Shown piece after piece: positions 1-8,373 of a stretch of 24,000 bases of DNA. A program made the position numbers and the translations under genes. The stretch covers positions 69,002-93,001 of the forward strand of contig NZ_VNKO01000011.1 in the NCBI RefSeq assembly GCF_008033445.1. Direction: 5' to 3'. Every line of letters begins with the position of its first letter. Positions within the stretch are counted from its first letter, which is position 1. The DNA comes from Vulcaniibacterium gelatinicum. GTDB lineage: Bacteria > Pseudomonadota > Gammaproteobacteria > Xanthomonadales > Xanthomonadaceae. A model generated the notes under the pieces. That model ran no database searches. It was not told the DNA's origin and saw only the letters and a program-made list of their open reading frames with translations.

Positions 1-1
1 C

Positions 2-1471
2 AACCCCACCCACCAGACCAAGAAGCTCGACGACGAGGCGATCCGCGCCTTCCGCGACCGCTTCCAGATCCCGGTCAGCGACGAGCAGCTCAAGGACGGC
101 CAGGTGCCGTTCTACCACCCCGGCGAGAAGTCGCCCGAGGTGGAATACATGCTCGAGCGCCGCCGCGCCCTCGGCGGCTTCCTGCCGCAGCGCCGGCGCA
201 AGGCCAGCCAGACGCTGGAAGTGCCGAAGCTCGACGCCTTCGAGCGCCTGCTCAAGAGCAGCGGCGAGCGCGAGATCAGCACCACCATGGCGTTCGTGCA
301 GGCGCTCAACATCGTCCTGCGCGACAAGCAGGTCGGCCCGCGCTGCGTGCCGATCGTGGCCGACGAGGCCCGCACCTTCGGCATGGAGGGCCTGTTCCGC
401 CAGCTCGGCATCTATTCGCCGCAGGGGCAGAAGTACAAGCCGGTGGACCGCGACCAGCTGATGTACTACCGCGAGGACGCGGCCGGCCAGGTGCTGGAGG
501 AAGGCATCACCGAGGCCGGCGCGTTCGCCTCGTGGATGGCGGCGGCCACCAGCTACAGCACCAACGACCTGCCGATGCTGCCGTTCTACATCTACTACTC
601 GATGTTCGGCTTCCAGCGCATCGGCGACTCCGCCTGGCAGGCCGCCGACATGCGCGCGCGCGGCTTCCTGCTCGGCGCCACCGCCGGCCGCACCACCCTC
701 AACGGCGAGGGCCTGCAGCACGAGGACGGCCACTCGCACCTGCTCGCCGGCGCCATCCCCAACTGCCGCGCCTACGACCCCACCTTCGCCTACGAGGTGG
801 CGGTGATCCTGCAGCACGGCATGCAGCGCATGCTCGCCGAACAGCGCGACGAGTACTTCTACATCACCCTGATGAACGAGAACTACGCGCACCCCGACAT
901 GCCGGAGGGCGCGCAGGACGGGATCATCAAGGGCATGTACCTGCTCAGGGACGCCGGCAAGCCGAAGAAGGGCGAGCTGCGCGTGCAGCTGCTCGGCTCC
1001 GGCACCATCCTGCGCGAGGCCATCGCCGCCGCGGAACTGCTGGACAAGGACTTCGGCGTCACCGCCGACATCTGGTCCTGCCCCAGCTTCACCGAGCTGC
1101 GCCGCGACGGCTTCGACGCCGAGCGCTGGAACCGCCTGCATCCCGAGGCCGCCCCGCGCAAGCCCTACGTCACCCAGCTGCTCGAAGGCCGCGCCGGCCC
1201 CGCGATCGCCGCCACCGACTACGTGCGCACCTTCGCCGACCAGATCCGCGCCTTCGTGCCCATGTCCTACACCGTCCTCGGCACCGACGGCTTCGGCCGC
1301 AGCGACACCCGCGCCAACCTCCGCCGCTTCTTCGAGGTGGACCGCTACCACATCGCCCACGCCGCCATCGCGGCGCTGGCGGCGGAGGGCAAGATGACGG
1401 CCAAGGACGTGGCGCGGGCGATCAAGCTGTACAAGCTGGATCCCGAGAAGCCGAATCCGCTGACCGTGTGA
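2..1471 (+). CDS. aceE: Pyruvate dehydrogenase E1 component, C-terminal ~490 aa (5' end outside window)
   Basis: The frame is open from the window edge (nt 2: NPTHQTKKLDDEAIRAFRDRFQIPVSDEQLKDGQVPFYHPG...) to TGA at 1469-1471. The translation is collinear with the C-terminal half of homodimeric AceE-type E1 (...YIYYSMFGFQRIGD..., ...GTDGFGRSDTR..LRRFFEVD...). GC3 bias is strong. Confidence 0.93.
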   Translation, partial: NPTHQTKKLDDEAIRAFRDRFQIPVSDEQLKDGQVPFYHPGEKSPEVEYMLERRRALGGFLPQRRRKASQTLEVPKLDAFERLLKSSGEREISTTMAFVQALNIVLRDKQVGPRCVPIVADEARTFGMEGLFRQLGIYSPQGQKYKPVDRDQLMYYREDAAGQVLEEGITEAGAFASWMAAATSYSTNDLPMLPFYIYYSMFGFQRIGDSAWQAADMRARGFLLGATAGRTTLNGEGLQHEDGHSHLLAGAIPNCRAYDPTFAYEVAVILQHGMQRMLAEQRDEYFYITLMNENYAHPDMPEGAQDGIIKGMYLLRDAGKPKKGELRVQLLGSGTILREAIAAAELLDKDFGVTADIWSCPSFTELRRDGFDAERWNRLHPEAAPRKPYVTQLLEGRAGPAIAATDYVRTFADQIRAFVPMSYTVLGTDGFGRSDTRANLRRFFEVDRYHIAHAAIAALAAEGKMTAKDVARAIKLYKLDPEKPNPLTV

Positions 1472-1680
1472 CCGCATCGCGCCTCACTCCCTCTCCCGCT
1501 TGGGGCGGTCACCGCTCAGGTCGCAGGACGGCGCTCCGGGGTTGATACGCCTTCCGGGCAGCAGGGCGATGCCATCACTACTCACCCCTTGGCCGCGCGA
1601 TTCGGTTCGCCTCCGGCCTTGGGGCGGCCACGCCGACGCAAGCCGGTGTTGCCATTTTCGGAGCAGGGAAAGGGGCAAGG

Positions 1681-1746
1681 ATGCGCACGCTGGCCTACGT
1701 GGACGGCTACAACCTGTATTACGGTTGTCTCAAGGAATTGCGGTAA
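1681..1746 (+). pseudogene. 21-codon N-terminal stub of an NYN/LabA-like (PIN-related) domain gene
   Basis: ATG at 1681 follows a purine-rich GGAGCAGGGAAAGGGGCAAGG. It encodes MRTLAYVDGYNLYYGCLKELR*. The DG(Y/F)NLYYG.LK N-terminus is the conserved start I recall for NYN-domain proteins of >200 aa. Here the frame stops after 21 codons in a local AT-rich patch. Confidence 0.5.
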
Positions 1747-2161
1747 ATGAACCTGACCCTTTTGCCCGCACCGGCCGCACCGCGCCCCACAACCCCAGCA
1801 CCAGCAGCGCGAACGCGGTGTAGGCGGCGACGAAGACCCACCACGGGGCTTCGAAGAAGATCAGGCGCGCGAGCCAGTATTCGATGAAGGATTCGTCGTA
1901 GACGGCTTGGCCGGCGTGGCGGCGCAGGTCCTGTTCCCACACCGTCAGCGGGCACAGTGCGCCGAGCCAGGCCTGGAGGGCGATGTAGGCCATCAGCAGC
2001 AGGTGGGTCAGGCGCCATCTGAACCCGCGCACCCAGCGCCAGCGGCGCCAGGCACCGAGCACGATCAGCAGGGTGCCGAACACGACGAACGCGACCACGC
2101 CCACGTGCAGCACCAGCAGGGCGTCGGCGAGCAGGGCGGCGGTGGCGGGCGGCAGATGCAT
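1730..2161 (-). CDS. Small polytopic membrane protein, DUF2784-like (143 aa)
   Basis: Runs from ATG (revcomp of 2159-2161) to TGA (1730-1732). About 4 hydrophobic helices are visible. The segment LTHLLLMAYIALQAWLGALCPLTVWE...ESFIEYWLARLIFFEAPWWVF matches my recollection of DUF2784. Its start overlaps the upstream hydrolase stop (ATGA). Confidence 0.7.
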   Translation of the reverse strand: MHLPPATAALLADALLVLHVGVVAFVVFGTLLIVLGAWRRWRWVRGFRWRLTHLLLMAYIALQAWLGALCPLTVWEQDLRRHAGQAVYDESFIEYWLARLIFFEAPWWVFVAAYTAFALLVLGLWGAVRPVRAKGSGSFTAIP

Positions 2162-3021
2162 CACGGGACGAGCGGTCGGGGCGAGGCGACGTCGGCCAGC
2201 ACTCCGGCGTCGGCGAGGAAGCACCGCAGCCGGGCCATGAACGCGGCGTCGAAGAGCGGGCAGTCGTTGTGGCCGCAGGCGAGCGGGACCAGGGTCGCCC
2301 CGCGCGCGGACCGGGCCAGGCGCTGGCTGTGGTGGAACGGGATGATGTCGTCGTGCCGGCCGTGGAACAGCAGCACCGGGCCGTCGAACGCGCGCAGCGC
2401 GGCGCGGTTGTCGTAGCGGTCGCGGATCAGGAACGCCGGTGCCCCCATCCGGTGCGCGAACTCGTCCAGCGACGCGAACGGCGCCAGCAGCACCAGCGCG
2501 CGCAGCGGGCGGCGCGTGCCCAGCGCCACCGCCGGCCCGGCGCCGACCGAGCGGCCGATCGCGACGATGCGTGCGGGATCCACGTCGGCGCGCGCGGTCA
2601 GCCAGTCGTGGGCGCGCAACGCGGCCTCGTCGAGGCTGGCGCGCGAGGGACGGCCGTCGGTGCCGGCGTAGCCCGGGTATTCGACCAGCAGCACGTGCAG
2701 GCCGAGCGCGGCCAGTGGCGCGAGCAGGTCCAGGTTCTGGTCCACGAACTCGGCGTTGCCGTGGAAGTACAGTGCGGCCGGGGCGCGCGCCGGCGTGCCC
2801 TGCGCGCGCAGCAGCACGCCCTGCACGCGGCCGAACGAGGCCGGGATCGCCACCGCCTCGGCCTGCGGCGGCAGCGTGCGGCCGACGCCGTCCCAGGCCA
2901 TGTGCGCGCCGGGGAACATCGCCGCGCGCTGCTGCAGGAACAGCATCGTCAGGTACACCGCGTAGGCGGCGAGCAGGGTGCCCAGCAGGATGCCTGGCAG
3001 AAACGGCGCGTTGCGGAACAT
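2161..3021 (-). CDS. Membrane-anchored alpha/beta-fold hydrolase (serine hydrolase)
   Basis: Nucleophile elbow GRSVG (GxSxG), acid in HGRHDDIIP, His in ACGHND. N-terminal TM anchor MFRNAPFLPGILLGTLLAAYAVYLTMLF. The preferred start is ATG 3019-3021, preceded by GGGGA. An alternative ATG at 3073-3075 adds 18 aa. Stop is at 2161-2163. Confidence 0.8.
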   Translation of the reverse strand: MFRNAPFLPGILLGTLLAAYAVYLTMLFLQQRAAMFPGAHMAWDGVGRTLPPQAEAVAIPASFGRVQGVLLRAQGTPARAPAALYFHGNAEFVDQNLDLLAPLAALGLHVLLVEYPGYAGTDGRPSRASLDEAALRAHDWLTARADVDPARIVAIGRSVGAGPAVALGTRRPLRALVLLAPFASLDEFAHRMGAPAFLIRDRYDNRAALRAFDGPVLLFHGRHDDIIPFHHSQRLARSARGATLVPLACGHNDCPLFDAAFMARLRCFLADAGVLADVASPRPLVP

Positions 3022-3193
3022 CGCGTCCCCGTGCGGCGGAGGAAACCGGGGCCGGCTGACGTGCTGCGTCCACATCGCCGGCGCAAGAGCGGCGTGTCAA
3101 GCCTGGCGGGGTTCGCATCCCGCCCACCGCTCTCTGTGATGCGCAAGGGTACGCAGGGATGCGCAGGCCGGCGTGAATCGCCGGACGCGCGGC

Positions 3194-3694
3194 TCAGCGC
3201 AGCTCGGCCAGCGCCGGGATGCGCACCGTGGGCGCGTCCTCGTAACGCCCTTCCAGGCGCTTGGCGGCGGTGACGTCGAACATCAGGCCGCGCAGCTTGA
3301 CCGGGCGGCCCTGCGCGTCGTGCAGCACGGTCACGTAGTCGGTCAGCCACACGATGCCGCCGTCGCGGCGGCGGGCGCGGTATTCGAAGCGGTGGTCCTG
3401 GCCGCGGCGGGTGGTGAGGGCGCAGTACTCGATCACGTCCTCGCGATCCTCCGGGCAGACCACGGTGTCGGCCCAGAACGAGGGCGTCATGTACCAGGCG
3501 GAGACGGGGTAGCCCAGCAGGTATTCGGCATCGCCGCCGACGTAGGTGAAGGCGAGGGGGTCGGCGTCGGCCTCCCAGACGATCAGCGGCGTGGTCGGGA
3601 ACAGCGTGCGCGCGCGCAGCTCGACCGCAGTCATGGGGTCCGCGGGGTCGCCGAACACGGTACGGATGATCTCGGGGATCGCGGGCGTGGGCAT
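3194..3694 (-). CDS. Stand-alone PAS-domain protein (166 aa, no output domain)
   Basis: The C-terminal 166 aa of the 335-aa ORF track entry have PAS-fold character (PLIVWEADADPLAFTYVGGDAEYLLGYP...FEYRARRRDGGIVWLTDYVTVLHDAQGRPVKLRGLMFDVT). The upstream part of that ORF is Arg/Pro/Ala junk. ATG is at 3692-3694, with an alternative ATG at 3632-3634. Confidence 0.7.
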   Translation of the reverse strand: MPTPAIPEIIRTVFGDPADPMTAVELRARTLFPTTPLIVWEADADPLAFTYVGGDAEYLLGYPVSAWYMTPSFWADTVVCPEDREDVIEYCALTTRRGQDHRFEYRARRRDGGIVWLTDYVTVLHDAQGRPVKLRGLMFDVTAAKRLEGRYEDAPTVRIPALAELR

Positions 3695-3870
3695 GGCGGT
3701 GTGCCGGGGGACGGACTGGGGAGCACTGTAAACCGGATCGCCGCCTGCGGGGCAGGGGGCGCGTCGCTGCGGCCGCCCTGCGGCGCGCGCCGTCCGGGCG
3801 GCGGGATCCCTACAATTGGTCGATTCCCCGCCGTCATCCCTGCGGCCGACCCACAGGAAGATCCTCCCCG

Positions 3871-4863
3871 ATGGATGAGGCAACGATCGACAGGGTGCTC
3901 GAACGAGAGCCGTTCGATGTCCGTGCCCTGGTGCTGAAGGGCGATTGCCGCAAGCAGGCCGGCGACGATCGCACGGCCGTTGCCTTCTACAACGCCGCGC
4001 TGCGGGCCGCTGCGAAGCAGGACCGCCTGCCGATCGCGCTCGAGCCCTACATCGTCCGTGCCCAGCAGGCCTTGCAGGAATCGGCACAGGTCTTCGAGCG
4101 CCATCTGGAGGCGGACCTGACCCGGCGCGGGTTTCCCCCGGACGCGCGCCCGCCGCGGTTCCAGGAATCGCTCGAGATCCTGACCGGCCGGCGCCAGGCA
4201 CGGCTGCAACTGCAGCGGCCCGGCGGCTACTACTACCCGGGATTGCCGCAGCGGCGTTACTACGAACGCGACGAGTTCCCCTGGGTTGCCGAACTCGAGG
4301 CCGCGGTGCCGCGCATTCGCGCCGAGCTCGAGGGCTTGCTGGCCAGCGGGGAGGATCGTTTCACCCCGTACATGGTCAGTGACCCCAACCGTCCGCGCCG
4401 CGACGTGCACAGCCTCGTGGACAACCCCGACTGGAGCACGCTCTACCTGTGGGAGAACGGGCAGCCGATCGCCGATCACGTGGCGCGCTGCCCGGAAACC
4501 TTCCGGATCGTCTCCGCGCTCGACCAGCCGCGGATCACGGTGCGGGCGCCGGTGATCATGTTCTCGCGCCTGAGCCCCGGAGCGCATATCCCGCCGCACA
4601 CGGGCGTGCTCAACACCCGCCTGATCTGCCACCTGCCGTTGATCGTCCCTCCGGGCTGCGGGTTCCGTGTCGGCGGCGAAACCAGGCAGTGGAAGGAAGG
4701 GGAGCTGCTGGTCTTCGACGACACCGTCGAGCACGAGGCCTGGAACCACGGCAGCAGCGACCGGATCGTGCTCATCTTCGACATCTGGCGCCCGGAGCTG
4801 AGCGAGCAGGAGCGGCGCGCGATCACCGCACTGTTCGAGGCGGTGGACAGTTATCACGCCTGA
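3871..4863 (+). CDS. Aspartyl/asparaginyl beta-hydroxylase family (Fe(II)/2OG oxygenase) with TPR-like N-terminal region
   Basis: The 330-aa C-terminal half reads ...FSRLSPGAHIPPHTGVLNTRLICHLPLIVPPGCGFRVGGETRQWKEGELLVFDDTVEHEAWN.S...RIVLIFDIW, typical of the Asp_Arg_Hydrox (LpxO/AspH-like) fold including the H..H metal ligands. No TM segment is visible. AGGAAG lies ~10 nt upstream of the ATG. Confidence 0.8.
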   Translation: MDEATIDRVLEREPFDVRALVLKGDCRKQAGDDRTAVAFYNAALRAAAKQDRLPIALEPYIVRAQQALQESAQVFERHLEADLTRRGFPPDARPPRFQESLEILTGRRQARLQLQRPGGYYYPGLPQRRYYERDEFPWVAELEAAVPRIRAELEGLLASGEDRFTPYMVSDPNRPRRDVHSLVDNPDWSTLYLWENGQPIADHVARCPETFRIVSALDQPRITVRAPVIMFSRLSPGAHIPPHTGVLNTRLICHLPLIVPPGCGFRVGGETRQWKEGELLVFDDTVEHEAWNHGSSDRIVLIFDIWRPELSEQERRAITALFEAVDSYHA

Positions 4864-4904
4864 CCGCGCGTCCTGACTGCGCCAGTCGCACCGTTGCAGG
4901 CATG

Positions 4905-4937
4905 CCACAAAAAATACGGCCCCTTGCGGGGCCGTAT
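4905..4937 (-). terminator. Rho-independent terminator of the TonB-dependent receptor gene (may also stop the convergent hydroxylase transcript)
   Basis: A perfect 9-10 bp stem TACGGCCCC/GGGGCCGTA (4915-4923 / 4928-4936) with loop TTGC. On the minus strand it is followed by TTTTTTGTGG (revcomp of 4905-4914). It lies 27 nt after the receptor stop. Confidence 0.8.
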
Positions 4938-4963
4938 AAAGGGTCGTATCGGGAACGATGCGA

Positions 4964-7900
4964 TCAGAACTTCTGCGTGTAGCGCATGTACACGAAGCGA
5001 CCGATGTCGTATTCGCCGTTGAAGGAGAAGTTCGAGTTCGGCTGCGAGTACATGACCGCCGGCTGCTTGTCGAACACGTTGTTGGCACCCAGCGCGATGG
5101 TGGCGTTCCACGGCGCGTTCCAGCGGAGCTGGATGTCGTTGAACGTGTGCGAACCCACCAGGTTGCGACGCGACAGGCTGCTGGCCGGGGTGCGGCCGTC
5201 AGGCAGGAACGCGCCGTTGGGAGCGAACCGGATCTCCTCGCACTCCAGGTGCGGCACGGTCACGTGCGGGGCGCCGGCACCGGTCGGGGTGAAGTAGGTG
5301 CAGCTCTCCTTCATCCGCGAGTAGTAGCGGGCGATCCAGGTGACGCCGAACGAACCCATCTCCCAGGTCGCGTTGAAGGTCGAGCGGATCCGGTGCGAGT
5401 TGCCGGAGGTGCCGACCGACGACAGCGCGTAGCGCGGGTCGTTGGTGGAGACGAAGTAGTCCTTCGCCGTGTAGGTGCTGTTGGACGAGAAGCGGAAGTC
5501 GCCCCAGTTCTCGGTGCTCAGACGGTACGAGAAGTCCACGTCGAAGCCTTCCACCTTGCGGAAGCCGGCGTTGCGGCCGCCGAAGGTGACCGTCGGGATG
5601 CCCAGCACGGGGTCACGCGTGAACAGCGCTGGCGAGCAGCGGCTGGCGATGGCCTGGACGTAGCAGTCGTTCAGGATCGCGGACGGGCTGTCGGCGACGA
5701 TGGTCTCGGCGATGCGGATCTTCCACCAGTCCACCGACATGCTGAAGCCCTCGAGGAACTCCGGGCTCCAGACCGCGCCGATGGTCTGCGACTTCGAGAT
5801 CTCCGGCTGCAGCAGCGGGTTGGAACCGCTGGTGAAGGCGATCGGGGTCTGCGACGGCTGGGTGCCGACCGGGGTGAAGCCCTGGCCGAGCTGGCGGTAG
5901 GTGTTGCCCAGCGCGCCGAGGGCGCCGTTGCCACCGACACCGTTGATGCAGTTGTTGCGCACGGTGGGGTTGGTGGCCGCCTGGCCGAGCACGGTGTCAC
6001 ACGGGTCGGAATAGAACGAGAACGTCTGCGAGCCGCCGCCGAACAGGTCGGCGATGGTCGGCGCGCGGAAGCCGTCGGCGTAGGTGGCGCGCAGCAGCAG
6101 CGAGTCGAACGGCTTCCACTTCAGCGCGAACTTGTTGTTGGTGGTCTCGCCGAAGGTGTCGTAATCCGAGAAGCGGCTGGCGACGTTGAGGGTCAGTTCC
6201 TTGGCGAAGGCCACGTCCGCCAGGATCGGGATCTGGAGCTCGGCATAGACCTCGTCCACCTTGTAGCCGCCACGGGTCGGGCCGGCCGAGAGGTTGGTGG
6301 AGCCGCCGGTCACCGCAAGCGCGTCGGGCACGAACTCGCCCTTCTCCTTGCGATGCTCGTAGCCGATCGCGAACGAGAGCTCGCCCGCGGGCAGGTCGAA
6401 CAGGCCACCGGTCAGGTTGGCGGACATCACCGTGGTGGTGGTCTCGCCGGTGGAGTGCTCTTCCTGGAACAGGAACCGGTGCAGGGCATCATTGCCGGTC
6501 AGCGCGCCGGGGCCGGTGACGCCGAACGGCAGGAACGGGTTCCACGGCACGCAGGTGGACAGCGGGATCGGCGCCGACGGCGTACCGCACTGGACCTGGC
6601 CCTGGGCGTTGAGGAACGAGGGGCCCACGGCGGCGCGCACGTTGGCCAGGTTGAGGTTGCCGAACGCCGACTGCACCAGCCGGTTGGCATTGTGCAGGTA
6701 GGAGGCATCCCAGTCGAAGGTGCGGCCGAACATCTCGAAGCTGCCCTCGAACGCACCGGTGAAGCGGTACGTGGTCAGGTCGCTGTCGCTGATGCGCGGC
6801 TGCTCCCAGGTCCGGCGCCACCACGTATCAATATCCGCGCCGGTCGGGTTGAAATAGCTGTTGGCCGACATCGGCGTGCTGAAGGGGGCCGCCTGCATCG
6901 GATAGCCGGCGATGTCGCGGCGGCTGATCCGGTGGCTGTACAGCAGGTTGGTGCGGAAGCGGACGTTGTCGGTGAGGTCGTACGTGCCGTCCACGTACAG
7001 CGACTGGCGCTCCAGCGGGGCGCGCAGGGTCATCTGCTCGTTGGGGTTCGACTTGTGCAGGGTCGAACCTGGGGTGCAGGTGCCGGGGCCGGGGTTGGCG
7101 ATCGAGTTCGACGCGCAGGAACCGGTGGCCAGGTCCTGACGGATGTAGTCGGCCGGGTTGCGCGGGTTGCCGCCCGGCCGCAGCACCAGACGGGAACCGG
7201 CCGGGTTGGGGTTGGTGGCGGTCGGTGCCGGGAACGCCGCCTGCGGGAACAGGGCGCGCTGGTTCCAGCGCGGCTGGAAGCCACCGAACTGCCCGACGGC
7301 AGTCCAGTTGTCGGTCGGGTGCAGGTGCGACCGCGGGAAGGCGCTGTACGGCCGATCCTTCGCCCACACCTCGTCTTCCTCGGCCCACTCGGCGGCGGCG
7401 GTGATCGAGCCGCGGTCGCCGGTGAAGCCCATCACGAACTCGCCCTTGGTGATGTCGCCGTCGCCCTCGCCGTACTGGCCGAAGTAGGCGCTGGCCTGGG
7501 CGCCGTCGTAGTTGGAGCGGGTGATGATGTTGATCACGCCGGCGATGGCGTCGGAGCCGTAGATCGAGGAGGCGCCGTCCTTCAGCACCTCGATGCGCTC
7601 CACGGCCGAGGCCGGGAGGGTGGAGATGTCGGCCAGGCCGCTGGTGGTGATGCCCAGGCGCTTGCCGTTGACCAGGATCAGGGTGCGCGCGGCGCCGAGG
7701 TTGCGCAGGCTGATGTAGGTGCCGCCCGAGGCCTCACCGGCCGACAGCGGCGCCTGGCGGCTGATCGGCGGCGTGCCGGTGGCGGAAATGTTCTGCAGGA
7801 TGTCGCCCACCGACTGGAAGCCCTGCTTCTCGATGTCGGCGCGGGTGATCATCAAGACCGGCTGTGCGGTTTCGACGTCGACCTGACGGATGCGCGAGCC

Positions 7901-8062
7901 GGTCACCTCGATGCGGTCGAGGGTGACCGCTTCCTCCTGCTCACCCTCCTGCTGCTGGTCGGCCTGCTGGGCGAACGCGACGCCCGTGCCGGCCACCGTC
8001 ATGGCGCTGGCGGCGAGTGCGAAGGAGATCGCCTCACGCAGCTTGGTGGTTCTGAAAGTCAT
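4964..8062 (-). CDS. TonB-dependent outer-membrane receptor (1032 aa)
   Basis: Start is ATG (revcomp 8060-8062), preceded by GGAGAGAGAG. Signal peptide MTFRTTKLREAISFALAASAMTVAGTGVAFA, Gln/Glu-rich linker, TonB-box/plug (VTLDRIEVTGSRIR...ITRADIEKQGFQSVGDILQN...LRNLGAARTLILVNGKR). A long beta-barrel ends in the canonical ...RFVYMRYTQKF. Confidence 0.93.
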   Translation of the reverse strand: MTFRTTKLREAISFALAASAMTVAGTGVAFAQQADQQQEGEQEEAVTLDRIEVTGSRIRQVDVETAQPVLMITRADIEKQGFQSVGDILQNISATGTPPISRQAPLSAGEASGGTYISLRNLGAARTLILVNGKRLGITTSGLADISTLPASAVERIEVLKDGASSIYGSDAIAGVINIITRSNYDGAQASAYFGQYGEGDGDITKGEFVMGFTGDRGSITAAAEWAEEDEVWAKDRPYSAFPRSHLHPTDNWTAVGQFGGFQPRWNQRALFPQAAFPAPTATNPNPAGSRLVLRPGGNPRNPADYIRQDLATGSCASNSIANPGPGTCTPGSTLHKSNPNEQMTLRAPLERQSLYVDGTYDLTDNVRFRTNLLYSHRISRRDIAGYPMQAAPFSTPMSANSYFNPTGADIDTWWRRTWEQPRISDSDLTTYRFTGAFEGSFEMFGRTFDWDASYLHNANRLVQSAFGNLNLANVRAAVGPSFLNAQGQVQCGTPSAPIPLSTCVPWNPFLPFGVTGPGALTGNDALHRFLFQEEHSTGETTTTVMSANLTGGLFDLPAGELSFAIGYEHRKEKGEFVPDALAVTGGSTNLSAGPTRGGYKVDEVYAELQIPILADVAFAKELTLNVASRFSDYDTFGETTNNKFALKWKPFDSLLLRATYADGFRAPTIADLFGGGSQTFSFYSDPCDTVLGQAATNPTVRNNCINGVGGNGALGALGNTYRQLGQGFTPVGTQPSQTPIAFTSGSNPLLQPEISKSQTIGAVWSPEFLEGFSMSVDWWKIRIAETIVADSPSAILNDCYVQAIASRCSPALFTRDPVLGIPTVTFGGRNAGFRKVEGFDVDFSYRLSTENWGDFRFSSNSTYTAKDYFVSTNDPRYALSSVGTSGNSHRIRSTFNATWEMGSFGVTWIARYYSRMKESCTYFTPTGAGAPHVTVPHLECEEIRFAPNGAFLPDGRTPASSLSRRNLVGSHTFNDIQLRWNAPWNATIALGANNVFDKQPAVMYSQPNSNFSFNGEYDIGRFVYMRYTQKF

Positions 8063-8148
8063 CTCTCTCTCCAAGTCATGTCTTGGTCCCATGGGAACCT
8101 CTCCGGTGGCGGCGTGAACGCAAAGGCCAAAACCGGCAAGGTCCGCCG

Positions 8149-8176
8149 ATCCTAACCGCCGGGGGAGGAAAGTAAA
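8149..8176 (-). promoter_or_regulatory. Candidate sigma70-type promoter for the receptor gene
   Basis: This is the only AT-rich patch of the 311-bp divergent intergenic region. On the minus strand it reads TTTACT-16 nt-TAGGAT, ~85 nt upstream of the ATG. The match to consensus is weak. Confidence 0.2.
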
Positions 8177-8373
8177 AGAGCCGTTAAGGCGGGGTCGGCG
8201 GGGTGTCGACGAGGAGGGCTGGCTGAATCCGTGGCCGGGCGGCCGGGGCCCTTGGGATCCGCCGGCCCCGGCCGGGCGGGTGGGCCGCCCCTGGTCCCGA
8301 CCGTTGGTCGGCACCCCTTGCCGTTGGAAGGGATATCCGGCCGCGAAGGCGCGGTCGCACTAGGCTTGGGGCC

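Noticed and set aside
1730-3127. 465-aa ORF track entry suggesting one large minus-strand gene.
   Set aside because: Only its last 143 codons (the DUF2784-like part) look like protein. The rest is the out-of-frame shadow of the alpha/beta hydrolase (2161-3021), which has a proper catalytic triad.
3695-4201. N-terminal extension of the PAS ORF (the 335-aa track entry).
   Set aside because: The extension is Arg/Pro/Ala-rich and overlaps the hydroxylase gene's 5' part on the other strand. PAS-like sequence starts only after the ATG at 3692-3694.
4958-8155. 1065-aa plus-strand ORF covering the whole receptor locus.
   Set aside because: It is antisense to a clearly real TonB-dependent receptor. 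The translation is low-complexity Arg/Gly/Ala/Val/Asp with no motifs. This is a typical shadow ORF of high-GC DNA.
8063-8373. Possible cobalamin riboswitch or Fur box in front of the TonB-dependent receptor.
   Set aside because: I see no B12-box-like core (…AGYCMGGAGACCKGCC…), no conserved GGTGC…AGGGAA context, and no AT-rich 19-bp Fur palindrome. Only generic GC hairpins are present.
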